NCBI GenBank assembly: GCA_013239625.1
Contig: MU053319.1
Location: forward strand, 1-64,000
DNA: 64,000 nucleotides
DNA from: Lama guanicoe
Taxonomy: Eukaryota
Reading direction: 5' to 3'
The notes below the pieces were generated by a model that did no database searches, was not told where the DNA came from, and saw nothing but the letters and a program-made list of their open reading frames with translations. The position numbers and the translations under genes were made by a program. Below, piece by piece: positions 63,187 through 64,000 of the stretch (its first letter is position 1; every line of letters begins with the position of its first letter).

Positions 63187-63585
63187 CCTTCTAAGTGAAG
63201 TCAGCAGAAGGAGAAAGAAAAATGCCATCTGATGTCACCCATATGTGGAATCTAAACAAAGAAAAAAGAGGACACTAATGAACTCATCTGAAAAGCAGAA
63301 ACAGACACGTAGCCAACAATCTTATGGTTACAGGGGGTAAGGGAGTGGGAATGGATAAATGGGGAGTTTGAGATTTGCAAAGGTTAACCACTATATATAA
63401 AAATAGATAAACAAGAAGTTTCTTCTGTATAGCACAGGGAACTATATTCAATATCTTGTAGTAACCTATACTGAAAAAGAATATGAAAATGAATGAATAT
63501 ATGTATATATATGCATGACTGGGACATTGTGCTGTACACCAGAAATTGACACATTGTAACTGACTGTATTTCAATTAAATAAAAT
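63187..63585 (+). mobile_element. Camelid-type L1 3' end
   Basis: TTCTAAGTGAAGTCAG through GCATGACTGGGACATTGTGCTGTACACCAGAAATTGACACATTGTAACTGACTG and an A-rich tail. Confidence 0.9.
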
Positions 63586-63659
63586 CAGCATAATTACCTA
63601 AGAGATTGTGAAAAGTTCAAATTCTAGGTAATTTGTCCGGTAATTAGAAAAGGTAACTT

Positions 63660-63925
63660 ACCAATTTATCAGATCTCTGAATGAGAATTTCTGGGATCGG
63701 GGCTCCAAAATCTGTCTTAAATCCTTCAAATGATGTTGATAAACACTAAATTTTGAGAAGCTCTGTTCTAGAGCAGTTGTTTCAAACCTGGTTTTATATA
63801 AGCTATCACCTGGGGGAGGTTTTAAAATAATACCATGGCCTAAGTTGCATCTCAGAGATGCTAATTTTGTCGATCTGAGGAAGGGACACCAGGAAGCCTT
63901 TGCTCTGTATGCAGGTTTCATTTAC
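63660..63925. mobile_element. Two adjacent MER5-type MITE fragments
   Basis: TTTGAGAAGCTCTG-TTCTAGAG-CAGTTGTTTCAAAC junction, with the hAT target motif between the two termini. Confidence 0.6.
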
Positions 63926-64000
63926 ACATTTAGTTAAGTAACACCAGTCCCCAACAACGTGGCTAAAATTTCTGGTTCCGCGACTTATTAACTGCCTGTC

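Noticed and set aside
1..64000. CRISPR arrays, operons or other prokaryotic systems
   Set aside because: The sequence is mammalian and repeat-rich, with no regularly spaced repeat-spacer arrays or dense coding regions.

Overview
Mammalian, almost certainly camelid (camel or alpaca lineage), non-coding DNA from an intron or intergenic region. The evidence is a vic-1-type tRNA-derived SINE and several young L1 3' ends of the camelid type. No intact, recognisable protein-coding gene is present; the ORF track is mostly chance ORFs, N-gap artefacts and L1 ORF2 C-terminal remnants. The first 25 kb is unusually dense in ERV1-type solo LTRs, several with 4-bp TSDs and one nested in another. It also holds a complex local duplication (A-X-A'-B-Y-B', ~3-4% diverged), a 168-bp tandem duplication, and an identical 1.4-kb duplicate around N gaps that is probably an assembly artefact. 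The rest contains L1, L2, MIR, MaLR and DNA-transposon relics, two L1 insertions with probable 3' transductions, a twin-primed L1, a head-to-head L1 inverted pair, and a near-consensus CTCF site in a TE-poor block. There is also a candidate minus-strand spliced transcript near 54.4-55.4 kb. I found no convincing new biological system. All repeat family names and boundaries are by-eye calls from memory of consensus sequences, not search results.
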